From Eledone cirrhosa (Eukaryota), in assembly GCA_964016885.1 (NCBI GenBank), contig OZ024740.1, positions 277,450,001 through 277,514,000 on the forward strand: a stretch of DNA of 64,000 bases, read 5' to 3'. The notes under the pieces are model-generated. The model saw only the letters and a list, made by a program, of their open reading frames with translations. It had not been told where the DNA came from and made no database searches. The translations under genes and the position numbers were made by a program. Of this stretch, positions 1-13,659 are shown piece after piece (the first letter of the stretch is position 1; the number at the start of each line of letters is the position of its first letter).

Positions 1-73
1 GCCATGAATCTTAACCACGAACTGGATTACAATAAGCAATTTTCTGCTTCCCTAACTATATATATATATATAT

Positions 74-1002
<929 letters not shown>

Positions 1003-1282
1003 ATAATATTAAGGATACTATTTATGGTTATCTATATACTAACCTTTTTATAGTTATATATATTTTAAACCCTAAACAGTGAAATGAAAGACAGTAATGT
1101 ATTACTACCTTATTACCAGTAAGATAAATAGCTCAATGTAATAACATCAGTTGTTCTACAGAGCAGTTATATAGAAATCACATGAATCAAAGTTCTGTTC
1201 AAACCATTTATTAGCTAAATGGTTTGAACAGAACTTTGATTCATGTGATTTATATATATATATATATATATGCACTAAAACT

Positions 1283-2624
1283 CAGTACCCAGGACCTTAG
1301 ACACCCTAAAGTAAATCAACCGAAACTAAAAGCTCTTCCATACATCTCCACACACAACCCCCTCAACAATGAGGCCTTTGACACCATCCTCCAGAACATC
1401 CCTGTGTTAAAAAAGGACCATAGAATGAACCAAATCCTTCGAACACACGATATCTAAAAGAGCAAAAGGCAATCTAAGTCAATGAAAAACATCCTAACAC
1501 ATGCCAAAGTACTGCCAGCCACAACAACGAAACCCACAGTAAAAAAAATGCGATAGACCCAACTGTGGCATATGCATCAACCTAAAAGAGGGAATTCTAT
1601 TTCAAAGAAGGACAGCGTTTTATAGTAAAACACAATTTCACATGCGCATCAGAAAATCTAATATATGTATTAACTTGCCCAGGTTGTCGAGAACAATACA
1701 TAGGCCAGACCAAAAACAGCCTCCGCCAACGCATGACTGTCCATAGATCCCTAATTAAAATACGGGAATACAGGAAAATACCACTGAGTGAACACATTGA
1801 TACATGTGCCGCCCAAAATCATCCCAACTTTAGAATCTTTCCCCTCTACAAATTTAAAGATAATGCCACCCACACCCAGCGCATCAGCAAGGAATCTCAC
1901 TTTATTAACAAATACGAACCCCGTCTAAACACTTCTCCCTAAGACGAACCCACAACATACACACGTCAACATACATACCTACACCAGCATACATCCTACA
2001 TACATCTTTATCCACATATAAACACAATGGCATACGTAAACACACATGTTCTATGGTGCAACACAAATATACACAAATTTGCATACCTTTTGATGTCTAT
2101 AGATATAAACGTGCCGACACACACACATACATATACGCACACATGCATTGCACACTGATGGGCACATACATATTTGTACACCAGTATTCCAATACGGCAG
2201 AGCCTAATGGATTCCCCTTACAGTACGTACAATCTGGACACACTCACACACATCTTGGTATTATGCCAATACTATATATCATTTCACACCTTTTATTATT
2301 AATGTTTTTGATGTTCTCTTGAGAGAATCGTTTTTTGCTGAAAATATCGAATAATGTACACCATTTTTACCAGTATCACAAAAATACTGGTCCACCCACA
2401 CACACACACACATACACACATATACACACACACACACATACACATATATACATACACACATATACACGCGTACACTAACATACAAAGATACATACACACA
2501 CACACACACACACTTCTCCGTATAAGACAAGAGCTGAAAAATATATTTTAACATGTTAAAATATCCCCCACACACGTACATACACATTCCTACTGACCGA
2601 TCCCTCTACCACGAATTACTCCGC

Positions 2625-2706
<82 letters not shown>

Positions 2707-3280
2707 TTGTCTTAATAGGGACCTGAACTGCTGACCTTTCAACATGACTGCAATTCACACACACATCCCTACTGACCATTATCACAACAATGAACCTCTT
2801 TACTACACACACACACACACACATATTTGTCTTAAAAGACTTATTTTTCAGTGACTTCTCAATCAGGCGAAAAAGGACACTCTTCGACAAACCTACATTT
2901 GGCGCAAAATCAATTTTTAACATTCATGTGACCTCTACCGACCAATCAAAATTGTTTTGACCACAAGAATGTTTGCAACACGAATTGGCGCGAAACTTAT
3001 TTTAATACCTCTGGAGCCACTTTTTTCATATAAAACAGGTAAAATTTCCAAAATTAATCAGATTAGAGCAAACATCACGGGCGCTCTATCTCAAAATTAT
3101 TTTTGAAAAGCATTAGAAATGCGCAACCGGTAAAAACTTAAAACTAAAACTGAATACTAACCAATACTTATTACTAATTTTTTACTTATTCCTAATTAAA
3201 CTATTTTTCACCGGGAACAATTTGTCAGCATTTTCTTTTCGTTTTACCAATATATCACAACTCGTGTTTTACACCTTTAT

Positions 3281-3285
<5 letters not shown>
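1283..3285 (+). mobile_element. 5'-truncated Neptune-type PLE: Cys linker, GIY-YIG endonuclease and long 3' UTR
   Basis: Across frameshifts: KKCDRPNCGIC...HNFTCASENLIYVLTCPGCREQYIGQTKNSLRQRMTVH...EHIDTC...ESHFINKYEPRLN (stop at 1942). Confidence 0.88.
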
Positions 3286-3327
<42 letters not shown>

Positions 3328-3329
<2 letters not shown>

Positions 3330-3512
3330 AACGAGTAGGACCCCGACGGCTGAGTTCAAGCCGTTTCGACGGCTAATTCTGGACAGAATTAGCCTTCGAA
3401 ACGGCTTGAGCTCAGCGGGGTCCTACTCGTTCCTATTAGCCACTCTACTACCCTAAGTATTGAGTACTTTGGTGCGTTATGGTCCACCTGGCTCCTTACC
3501 ACATTTCCTTCG

Positions 3513-3513
<1 letters not shown>
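3328..3513 (+). mobile_element. Mini fold-back element family B carrying the 3' half of a hammerhead
   Basis: Palindrome 3328-3433 containing GAAACGGCTTGAGCTCAGC plus an ~80-nt tail; copies at 8272-8320, 12612-12792, 27036-27226, 37023-37181, 42421-42564, 45833-45978. Confidence 0.8.
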
Positions 3514-3573
<60 letters not shown>

Positions 3574-3634
3574 TTTCTGGAATAAATACTCAATGATATT
3601 AAATAAATGGAAACTATATTTATAAAACCATATT

Positions 3635-3696
3635 TATTCTATTATATATATTTCAAGCGTACCAAAAACTTTGGTACACTTTCATTAGATAAAATA
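3635..3696 (-). ncRNA. Hammerhead ribozyme, type I, G5A-mutated copy
   Basis: Minus strand: TATTTTAT-CTAATGA-AAGTGTACCAAA/TTTGGTACGCTT-GAAAT-atat-ATA|ATAGAATA; same family as 29714 and 42257. Confidence 0.7.
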
Positions 3697-4030
3697 CAAA
3701 GTGTGTTTTATAAATGTTTACATAGCCAAGGAAACATACCTTATCAGTTGAATTTTGCTTGGGCAAATATAAAAGAGAGAGATTAATATTTATATTAGAA
3801 ATTAAGTATAATTGTCAGAAGAAATAAAACACTATTTATCACTTACATTAAACAATTTATCAAAACATCGTTTATGATTTGAATCTAGTACTTTCGACTT
3901 TCTCAACACTTATCAATATATAAACCCAGTTGTTACTAAAATGATAATCAAACCGGACGTTTCTTCTGTGTATTTTCGCATCTCTTCAAGCAAAGCTGTT
4001 ACGGGTTTAGTTTGAGATTGAATCTCTATA

Positions 4031-4243
4031 CGAGTGTCAGCTGAAAGATTCATATGCTGAAAATTTCAAAGGGTGAGCAAGATATTCTCATGGAATGATC
4101 AAATGAGGTTTATTTTTCATCATGGCCCCTAGAAAGAAACAATGCAGTTACTAACAAGAAGAGTTTAAATTAATGCATGCAAGGTTTCACAGCCCTAGCA
4201 TCAATCCTTCATATCAGCCTATCACTTTTTCAGTTCATGCTCG
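4031..4243. mobile_element. Tc1/mariner-type MITE
   Basis: Imperfect TIRs (TA-CGAGTGTCAGCTGAAAG / CTTTTTCAGTTCATGCTCG-TA) with TA flanks; related sequence at ~19836-20165. Confidence 0.6.
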
Positions 4244-5351
4244 TAAAATAATTCTCCGTTTCTAGCCGGTACTTTGCATCATGTCTTGAATATTTATTAA
4301 AAAAAGACATTTTTAATTTATGGTTCGTGCAAATGGCACTTCCGGGTTTTATTGTTTACATTATTTTCTGTGTTTATTTTGGTCTTTACTTTTTATTTTT
4401 GTTTAATTTTCGTTTATTTATATTATGGTATTGTTGCATTCTTTTATTTTTAGTTCTGATTTAGCATCGAAACATAAACACGCATAACTGTATTGGAATA
4501 GAGAATGTACAGAGATAAATATACACTCTTGACAGGTGCAATATGTCCGAACACGGAAGAGCCGAACTGCCACCGTCATCGCCCCCATCTCTCTGTATAG
4601 TGAGCAAATGGGGTCTCACGTGCTGGACTCCCCTCAGCTACGGCGGACAGAATGTAGAAGGCGTTTCCCCGGAGGATGTTTAAGGTAGATGCGCTGGAAG
4701 AGCAATTCCATTGGCGTGTCCAGCAATCAAGCTGATCTGATATAACGCACAAACACGATCCCATTCCCTCACGCTCCACGAATTGTTCTCTTTAATTCAC
4801 TTCGGTATTTATTAATTTCTACATTTTTATGATATATACTTATTAATTCCAAAATCAGTCACGTTTTCTTTGTGTGCCATGCAGTGGCAACAACTATTGA
4901 CTCCAAGTACAATTAGTCTTGCAGATCCCAGAGTGTAAATCCATGGAAAAGTATATACCATACTGCAGCTACAAATAGGATTGTTACAGAAACCTTCATT
5001 TGGCAGTAAGCGGATATTAAATAGACATATTCAACTGTTGCCTTTACCAACACATACACGCACACTCACTCAAACACGTATATATATATATCAGGCAGGT
5101 AATAAGGGTGTTTATCTGTGAAAGCTATGTTGTAACTTCACGAGGATAAAGCGGTTTAAGCAATTCAAAGCTCTTCACGTCAGTAATGTATCCCAGCGAA
5201 ATGTTGCTGATTAGGTGTGACAGAGTTTCCATTTACGAATGTTAAGACAGGGTTACGTTTACATAATTGTTTTATTGCATAATATATATACATAAAAGAG
5301 TTTTGTAGCTTGCTTGAAGTATTGTTTAATAGGAAACACAAATTTAAATTT

Positions 5352-6121
5352 TGAAGACCAACACAATGTGTATGAAGAATGTTAAATAGCCAAGGTAACA
5401 AAAGAATCTTACCTGAGCAAATTTAACGATCCCAAATATTTTGGTGTTTAAAAACCCATTATCAAGGGGGGAACTCTGTGAGAGACTTAAAAATCGATTG
5501 GATAGACTTGCTTGTATAGAAGCAGATTTAAATGAAAGGAAATAAAAAGACGTTAAAATGATGATGTTTTTAGTAAGCCATCAGAATAGAGGGCCTCAAA
5601 ATCAAACTAGCTCACTCTGGACTTTCCCTGCGAATATGTCTCTCAACAAGGCAACCTCCCAATGAGGATAACGGATGCACCCTAGCCAATTGCCCTATCT
5701 ACAACACTAATTGTTGCCTACGTACCTATGTAACAAGTGCAATCTATTTTACACAGGCAGCACTATTCCACCGTCATATCTTCGTATTAAAGAGCATGTT
5801 GGCACCAACTCCTCTTCCTTCCACACACACGTCATCAAATGTGGGAACCAGAATTAAGGAAGCCCTCTGAATCAAGCAATTGAAACCTAGGATCAGTAAA
5901 TAGATATATCATACATTTCACAACACGCACATTCGAAATTTTAAAGTCTTTTCATTTCATTTCACAAACAAGCAAGTCTATCCGATCGATCTTTAAGTCT
6001 CTCATAAGGTTACTCCTTTGATAATGGGTTTTTAATATTTAATGGGTTTTAAAATATTTGGGATCGTTAAATTTGTTATCTCGGCAATTTAACATTCTTC
6101 ATACGTATTGTGTTGGTCTTT
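5352..6121. mobile_element. PLE fold-back with a decayed GIY-YIG C-terminus in the spacer
   Basis: 5352-5515 is inverted at 5968-6121; the spacer translates to ...TRIKEAL*IKQLKPRIS, resembling the end of a GIY-YIG domain. Confidence 0.6.
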
Positions 6122-6124
6122 AGG

Positions 6125-6500
6125 TAGGCTGCTTAGCCGTTAATATGCATAAGGAAAGTATATACTTTCAAACGTTCAATCAACTGACAGGAAGGTATAC
6201 GGTGCTGATGACAGCTAATAAGCTACAAACTAGTTCATCGTTCCTTTGTCAGTGTTGAACAAATAGGGCAACGATAGTTGCCGAACACTGTACGGCTAAT
6301 AATTTGGGCTGTTTGTTTACAAACATACCGAGCATTTTAATAAATGTTCGGTAAACCCATACGTACATATATATGTGTGCATGTATGTATATATATACAT
6401 ACTACTGTACGTCTGTATACATATATGTATGTACGTATACATACTTATATTTAAGTATCAGCCGTACTAAGAGTGAGAAATGAAATTTCATTTTTTTTAA
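6125..6500 (+). mobile_element. PLE terminal fragment family C with degenerate hammerhead (6200-6240)
   Basis: Homologous to 43130-43702; CTGATGA-cAGCT-aata-AGCTa-CAAAC (GAAA mutated). Confidence 0.6.
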
Positions 6501-6504
6501 TATA

Positions 6505-6578
<74 letters not shown>

Positions 6579-6579
<1 letters not shown>

Positions 6580-7080
6580 TAGCCGAATTACCCACGCCTT
6601 GCTGCGTTTCACACATTTTCTTTTTGTAAGAAAATGATGATTTTTTTAAAATCAGTGATATAATTTATGGAGAAAAACTCTGCATTTCAATATTACTCAA
6701 TGTAAAATGTAATGCATGAAAATAGGAAAACATTATTTTTTGTAATATATGAAATCAAAATTACATTATTAAATCTTATTCTTATTTTGTTTCTCGTAAA
6801 TAATTATTTTCAAAATATCAATTCAAAATATTTGTGAATAGGCATCATAGCTTGTCATTTACCTATGGTTTAAATTTCATATAATGGAAAAGTTTTCTCG
6901 GGGGTTTTCAGCGGGTGCTTGTGCCCCCAGGAAACCCTTTGATTAAAATGAAATATACTTATCCATGTACCCTGGTCAATGTAGTTTCAGAATATATATG
7001 ATTAAGGGGGTCTATCTCCAAAGCCATATAAGGAGTTCGTGAACAAACAAATATACAGACAGGAAGTACAACTTTATATA
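6579..7080 (-). mobile_element. Non-autonomous Helitron
   Basis: Minus-strand 3' end ACGCAGCAAGGCGTGGGTAATTCGGCTAG|T (hairpin + CTAG); 5' TATATAAAG...GTTTGTT start typical of animal Helitrons. Confidence 0.65.
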
Positions 7081-8104
7081 TGTATAAAGTGTACGAGGTG
7101 TGCGTCCTACAAGATAGTAGCAGTATGAGGTAGGAAAGAAGAAGTTCTGAGTTGGTGAATCGTGATGGACACGAGCTGTTGGTAGCCTGGGGTAGGGTCA
7201 GAGTATAAAGGCCGTTAGAAATGGATATTTTCATCCTCCGCGCATAAATTGCTTTATTCTCCTCTTAACAAAGGGGAATAGAAATGGGTAGTCTTCTTAG
7301 AATATTGCTATACAATTTCAGATTTCTTCTCCGATAGCTTTGTATCAAATATTCAAATTCTGAACGGATTGACGTTCTGTTTAAATCAATTGAAAATTGA
7401 TAAGATGTGTATTATAAATTTAATAGATTTTGTTCCATTGTTTTCGAATAGAAAACCTTTTCTAACATGCCAATAGATATAATAGGAACTGATTGCTTCG
7501 TTAGATATAACTGCTTCGCTATAGTAACACAAAAAATATATGTCGTTAAGTTTTATATTTTTAGTTTTCATTTTAAAACTATAGGCCTCGGAAGATAAAC
7601 TATGATTATTAAATATGGGTCTGTGTTCAATGTTCCCATGAGCGCAAAGACTATGGTACCAGAATAAATATATTTAAATAAACTTTTCACTGTATTAAAC
7701 TACCTACATAATATTTCTTTAAATATTCAATCCACGTACCTTAAGGCCAATGCTTTCTGATTTTACGGGATTATTTTAGGTACTCAAAATTTTAAAATAT
7801 ATAGCATTAACATACCGGTCTCCAGTCGTTTGTTTCCCCAATTTATGAGGTCAAATATATAAATTACAGTTGAGGTAATCCATTCCGAACACTGCGAATG
7901 TTCTGTAAATTCCTTCACTGACAGTTGCAATATAATTTGGAACCTTGGCCGATATAAAATTCTAATCTAACCCTTGTCTACTAGTGCTCTAAACATTTGA
8001 TTACCTTGATACGCGATGAGAGATGGTGAATATACAATATGTTTTAATACAATCACACACATACACACACATACCCACACGTATATATATGTATATATAT
8101 ATTT

Positions 8105-8240
<136 letters not shown>

Positions 8241-8634
8241 ATATATATATATATAAGAAGGAGGTGTGCTAAGGAACCGTCGAAACGGCTTGAGCTCTGC
8301 CGTCGGCGTTAAACATTTTCCTATATATATACACACACACACACAAAATATAAAACAATCAAATTTTAGCTTAATACATTTAATTGCTGACGATCGTTTC
8401 TTCTAGACATCGGAGCAAACACAATGTAATTATAATCCTAGTCCTCGGAACGATCGTCAGCAATTAAATGTACTAAGCTAAAATTTGATGTTGTTATTTG
8501 TATCTCTGCTCTGTAATACATCTGATAATTTACATTGAGCTTTTTCTGTTACTGGTAATTGGATAGTGCTTAGTACTACCCTTTCATATTTATAATTGTA
8601 TATAACTCATATATAAGTATAAATAATATTATTA

Positions 8635-8689
<55 letters not shown>

Positions 8690-8692
<3 letters not shown>

Positions 8693-9285
8693 GGGGTAAC
8701 AAATAATAGTTAAATGCAGTCCACTTAGGTATAGTCCAGTTATGGTATTCCAGGTAGTGGATGATATCAACGCTTGGCTTGGTTTGACTCAACAAGGCGT
8801 TTTCATAGTGATGCTGCGGGTATGTTGTAATTCCTATGTTGTAAACACTTGGAGTAATAATAAATCAGGAAAGAAGGTTGACACGGTTTGCTATACAAAA
8901 AAGGTTTTTAATCTCATAGCTGACAATTGTTTCTCTGAACTGGTAGGTCTAGAGATCGCTATTCGCTTGTTTTCACGTTACTCGATCGCCAATACAAAAT
9001 TATAACCAGTCAGTTCTTCGGAGCTTGCGAGAATGAAGAGAATACACAGGCAAGAAAAGAATATACTACTTCATATAGTAGCCTGTATATTCTTTTCTTG
9101 CCTGTGTATTTTCTTCATTCTGGCATGTTCCGAAGAACTGACTGGTTATAATTTTGTATTAGCGATCGAGTAACGTGAAAACAAGCGAATAGCGATTTCT
9201 ATACCTACCAGTTCAGAGAAACAATTGTCAGCTATGAGATTAAAAACCTTTTTTGTATAGCAAACCATGTCAACCTTCTTTCCTG

Positions 9286-9290
<5 letters not shown>
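8690..9290. mobile_element. PLE fold-back with two inverted hammerheads
   Basis: 8860-9066 is inverted at 9085-9290; the left arm has a ~170-nt extension also seen at 18470-18650 and 40835-41000. Confidence 0.8.
9125..9233 (+). ncRNA. Hammerhead, CCGAAGA core variant, 81-nt stem II domain (inverted copy 8918-9025)
   Basis: CCGAAGA-aCTGACTGGT...ACCAGTtCAGa-GAAAC-aatt-GTC|AGCT; palindromic loop III. Confidence 0.7.
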
Positions 9291-9366
<76 letters not shown>

Positions 9367-9382
9367 TATATAAATATATATA

Positions 9383-9454
<72 letters not shown>

Positions 9455-9460
9455 TATATA

Positions 9461-9622
<162 letters not shown>

Positions 9623-10029
9623 GTTATCACATACATAAAATTAAATTAAATTAAATCAATGATACATATATGCGTTGCAACTGTTCACTTTTAAGCTCAA
9701 TGAAGAATTAATAAGTTAAAATCAAAAAATCAGAGCATTATATCATAAAACGTGTCTATAGAATCAATCAGATATTAAAATATATACTATTTCTTCCTCT
9801 AATCAGCATAATTAACCATATACATAATCAAATCCACCAAGCTTTAAGAGTAAATTTTCTAACGGGGAAATCTCCGACAAATAATTGATCGCAGCCAGTT
9901 CGGGTTAACTCCGTTCCATTATTTATCAAACACTTCGGCAGCATGCAGAATCCGATCAAACATATCGTCAACCGCACGTAATTAGTAGTAAAATTAAACT
10001 TAGAAGAAATGCGCACATACCGTAATTAT

Positions 10030-10107
10030 ATCTCGACCATGGTTTCTTCCTTGTTTAGGGCATCCAAATAATATGGACTGCCCCGAGTCAGGTTATCATC
10101 AGGAGAC
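10030..10107 (-). ncRNA. Hammerhead, type I, 49-nt stem II domain
   Basis: Minus strand: GTCTC-CTGATGA-...GGGGCA-TCCA/TGGA-TGCCCT...-GAAAC-catg-GTC|GAGAT. Confidence 0.78.
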
Positions 10108-10694
10108 AAACTCAGAAATAGACATTTAATTTCTCGGACAGGCCCCGCCAAATTTAGATTCAAAAATGGCTAAGAGCGTTATGTAGCTGTGTACCAGCCA
10201 GAGAGAAAACGTGTGATTGGTCGCTTACGGCGGGTAGGCATGCTGCTAGAAAGCGCAGCCATATATCGCCAAATTTAATCTCAACCGATAGGGAGATTAT
10301 TAATATGGTTAATATGGAGATTATGTATATGGTTAATTATGCTGATTAGAGGAAGAAATAGTATATATTTTAATATCTGATTGATTCTATAGACACGTTT
10401 TATGATATAATGCTTTCAACAAATTTATTTTCTTCACAAAATCCAAAAAGAATTTTTTTCCCGGAGACAAAATCAAAGACACATGAATACTGAACGAAAC
10501 AACAGAAGAACCAGACCCCCATACAGCAACGACCACGCAAGAGTCTATCGCCCAACCAGTTACCGGCATGAAGTTCCGGCGGGCCAAAGGTTTCACCACA
10601 ACAGAAACACCCCTATCCCAAATGGCACTCATTTTTTAGGACTAGGGGCCTCGCACCAAATGAAAGAAAAAAAGAAAAAAGCACCACCTTTCAA

Positions 10695-12370
10695 GTGGCA
10701 CCTGACGAGAAAGAACCAATCGAACCAAAAATAATCAATATATCACCCAAGAAATTAACACAACCAGAAATACAACTGTTAGAAAATGGACTGAAGTTCA
10801 CTCCCACTCCGAAAGCAGATACAGCCGATGTTATAAAAGACACAGAAGAATACTGTCGAAAATTACGCTTAGGAGAATTCTTCCAGGGTGTACAATATGA
10901 GGAAGAATCACTGGTGAAAAACAAAAAGAACTTCACACCGCCGCTAAATAGAGATAAATACCTGGAGGAGTACATAACCTGCCTTCGCCGATCAGCACGT
11001 ACAAATACGGCCGAGACGAAACACAAAAGCAACATCCCTACAGACCAACTACTAGCATTGAACAAGCTACAAAGGGATTCCTCAATAATAATAAAAGAAG
11101 CGGACAAAGGTGGAGCAATCGTCATCATGGACATAAACCACTACAAAAATATGGTTCTAGCACACTTGAATGACGAAAACTTCTACAGGAAAATCACTAA
11201 AAACGAAGAAAGGAAATCGAGGAACCAAATAGGCAAACTAACAACAAAGTACCAAAACAACCTAACACCAAAAGAAGTAGATTACCTAACCAACTTCGAA
11301 ATGAAAACCAGCAATTTCTATGGATTACCAAACATTCACAAATCCATAGACATCCAAAACAACATAGAGTGAAAAATACATCATACATCGAAGCTCTAAA
11401 ACCGACAGACTTAAAATTACGCCCCATTATTGCTGGCCCAGCCTCAAGCACACAACGTCTAAGCAACCTATTAGACATCATACTCAAACCCCTATGTAAA
11501 AAAGTTCCAAGCTACATCAGAGATGATATGGAATTCCTTAACTATATTCCCCAAAAAGTACACCAGCATACAATCCTAGTCAGTTTTGATGTAATAAGCC
11601 TGTACACTAACATCCCACACGACCTAGGGATTGAAGCTGTGGACTTCTGGATTACAAAACACTCAAGTCACATTTCAGAAAGATTCCCCAAAGAATTCAT
11701 CTTGGAAGGACTTAAATTAGTATTGGAAAACAACCACTTCCTCTTTGACAACGAACTTTATCTACAAATAAAAGGAACAGCCATGGGTACCAAAGTGGCC
11801 CCTACATATGCAACGCTCGTTATGGGTCACTTAGAGGCAAAATTATATTCCCAACTACAGATAACATTCAGTCACGACTTCGCCTTCTACATTAATAAAA
11901 ACTGGAAACGTTACCTAGATGACTGCTTCATCTTCTGGAACAGAAGCCAAACAGACCTACAAAAATGTTATTCGATCTTAAACAGGCTTCATGAAGCCAT
12001 ACAATTCACTATGGAATGTAACGAAAAGGAACTGCCCTTTCTAGATATCCTCATCATTAAAGAAGGGGAAAATATCATAACGGACCTATTTTGCAAACCC
12101 ACTGACACACACCAATACTTAAATTTCCGGTCAGCACACCCCTCACATACGAAAAGGAACATTCCCTTCAATATGGCAAGGCGCATCTGCACTATAGCAA
12201 CACACCCCGTACTACAAGAAAAAAGATTATGTGACCTGAAAAAATTCCTTAAAAAACAAGAATACCCGATGAAACTCATCAACGCAGCCATCTCCAAGGC
12301 TAAGAACATCCCAATAACAACACTGAGAAAACCAAACCCACAACCAACAACCAACAACTTAATTTATTAA
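10695..12370 (+). pseudogene. Neptune-type PLE reverse transcriptase; one frameshift near 11370, 3'-truncated before the endonuclease
   Basis: GLKFTPTP, IKEADKGGAIVIMD, FYGLPNIHK, LRPII, VSFDVISLYTNIP, GTAMGTKVAPTYA, WKRYLDDCF, LPFLDI, KPTDTHQYL..SAHP. Confidence 0.93.
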
Positions 12371-12488
12371 AAAAAAAATTTGTTTAAGAAATTTTTTCTA
12401 ATCCGGGAAAAAAATTATTTTTGTATTTTGTGAAGAAAATAAATTTGTTGAAAGCACAAGTGAAGCCATTTTTTTCTTCCCCCCTGTC

Positions 12489-12613
<125 letters not shown>

Positions 12614-12819
12614 AAACAATGAGGGTGTGGTAAGATACCAGGTGGACTATAACGCACCAGAGTACTCACAACTGAGGGTAGTAGAGTGGGTAATAGGAAA
12701 AGAGTGCGGACTCCGACGGCTGAGCTCCGGTCGTTTCGACGGCTGGATCCGAATTCGTTCGGAGCTCATCCGACAGGGTCCTGCCTCTTTTCATATATAT
12801 ATATATATTTATAAAGAAA

Positions 12820-12855
<36 letters not shown>

Positions 12856-13478
12856 ATCATCGAAAAATAATTAGTGCTACCGAATGACCATTCATGTAAT
12901 ATTTCTTCTCAATTTTTCCCTTCTATCCTCGTCGTTAAATTGCAACAATGCTAATAAAAATTATTATACAAATAGATTTGCTTTTCAAATATAAATTTTC
13001 AGTTTCGATCCCACTATGAGACGTTTTAGGCAAGTAATTTATGAATGAAATTAGGTCAGAAATTATGTGGAACCCTGACGTGTGAACTATATTTGAATCC
13101 AAGATATATTTATCTCATTCGTGTATGGATGGAGTCAACTGCTTTTTCTAGAGAATTTTCTTGAGAAGAAATTTACAAGAAGGAACTGCTTTCTGATGAG
13201 GGTACTTGAGCTTAATTCTTTTACCCTTTTCCGTACTATTTAGTATGATTTGAACTCGCACTTTGTAACTACCAATACTGAATAATCATTTTATTTGTTT
13301 TTTGATTGCTAAAAATACTAAGAGCCGAACAAAAATTAACTATGCCTAACATAATTTTCATTTTCAGACTTTATAAATCAGAATTTCGTCTTATATTTCT
13401 ATATGTTGTCTATATATAGTGTTGAATTGTTGAGATCCGAAGAGGTCTGTTGGAAAATCCATTCTTAAGATTAATAAC

Positions 13479-13659
13479 TATTTCTACTTTTGGCACAAGG
13501 CCACCAATTATCCCTGTACCTAACTGGTACTTTAATTTATCGACCCCGTAAGGATGAAAGGCAAAGTTAACCTCGGCGGGATTTGAACTCAGACCATAAA
13601 GGGCCCTAACTCTTTTCTGCAAAGCATGGCGTCCGACCCTCTATCGATACTGCCAATCC
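13479..13659 (-). mobile_element. tRNA-derived SINE
   Basis: A-box TGGCAGTATCG, B-box-like GAGTTCAAATCC, core CCTTTCATCCTTACGGGGTCGATAAA..GTACCAG; TSD AAGATTAATAAC at 13467-13478 and 13660-13671. Confidence 0.88.

Noticed and set aside
8358-8489. Apparent complete hammerhead CTGACGA...GAAACGATCGTC
   Set aside because: The CTGACGA is only the reverse complement of TCGTCAG in the inverted arm and stem I is out of register; better read as a fold-back of an HHR 3' half.
13194-13235. CTGATGA-GGGTA...TACCC hairpin
   Set aside because: Followed by TTTT rather than GAAA; no stem III or NUH.
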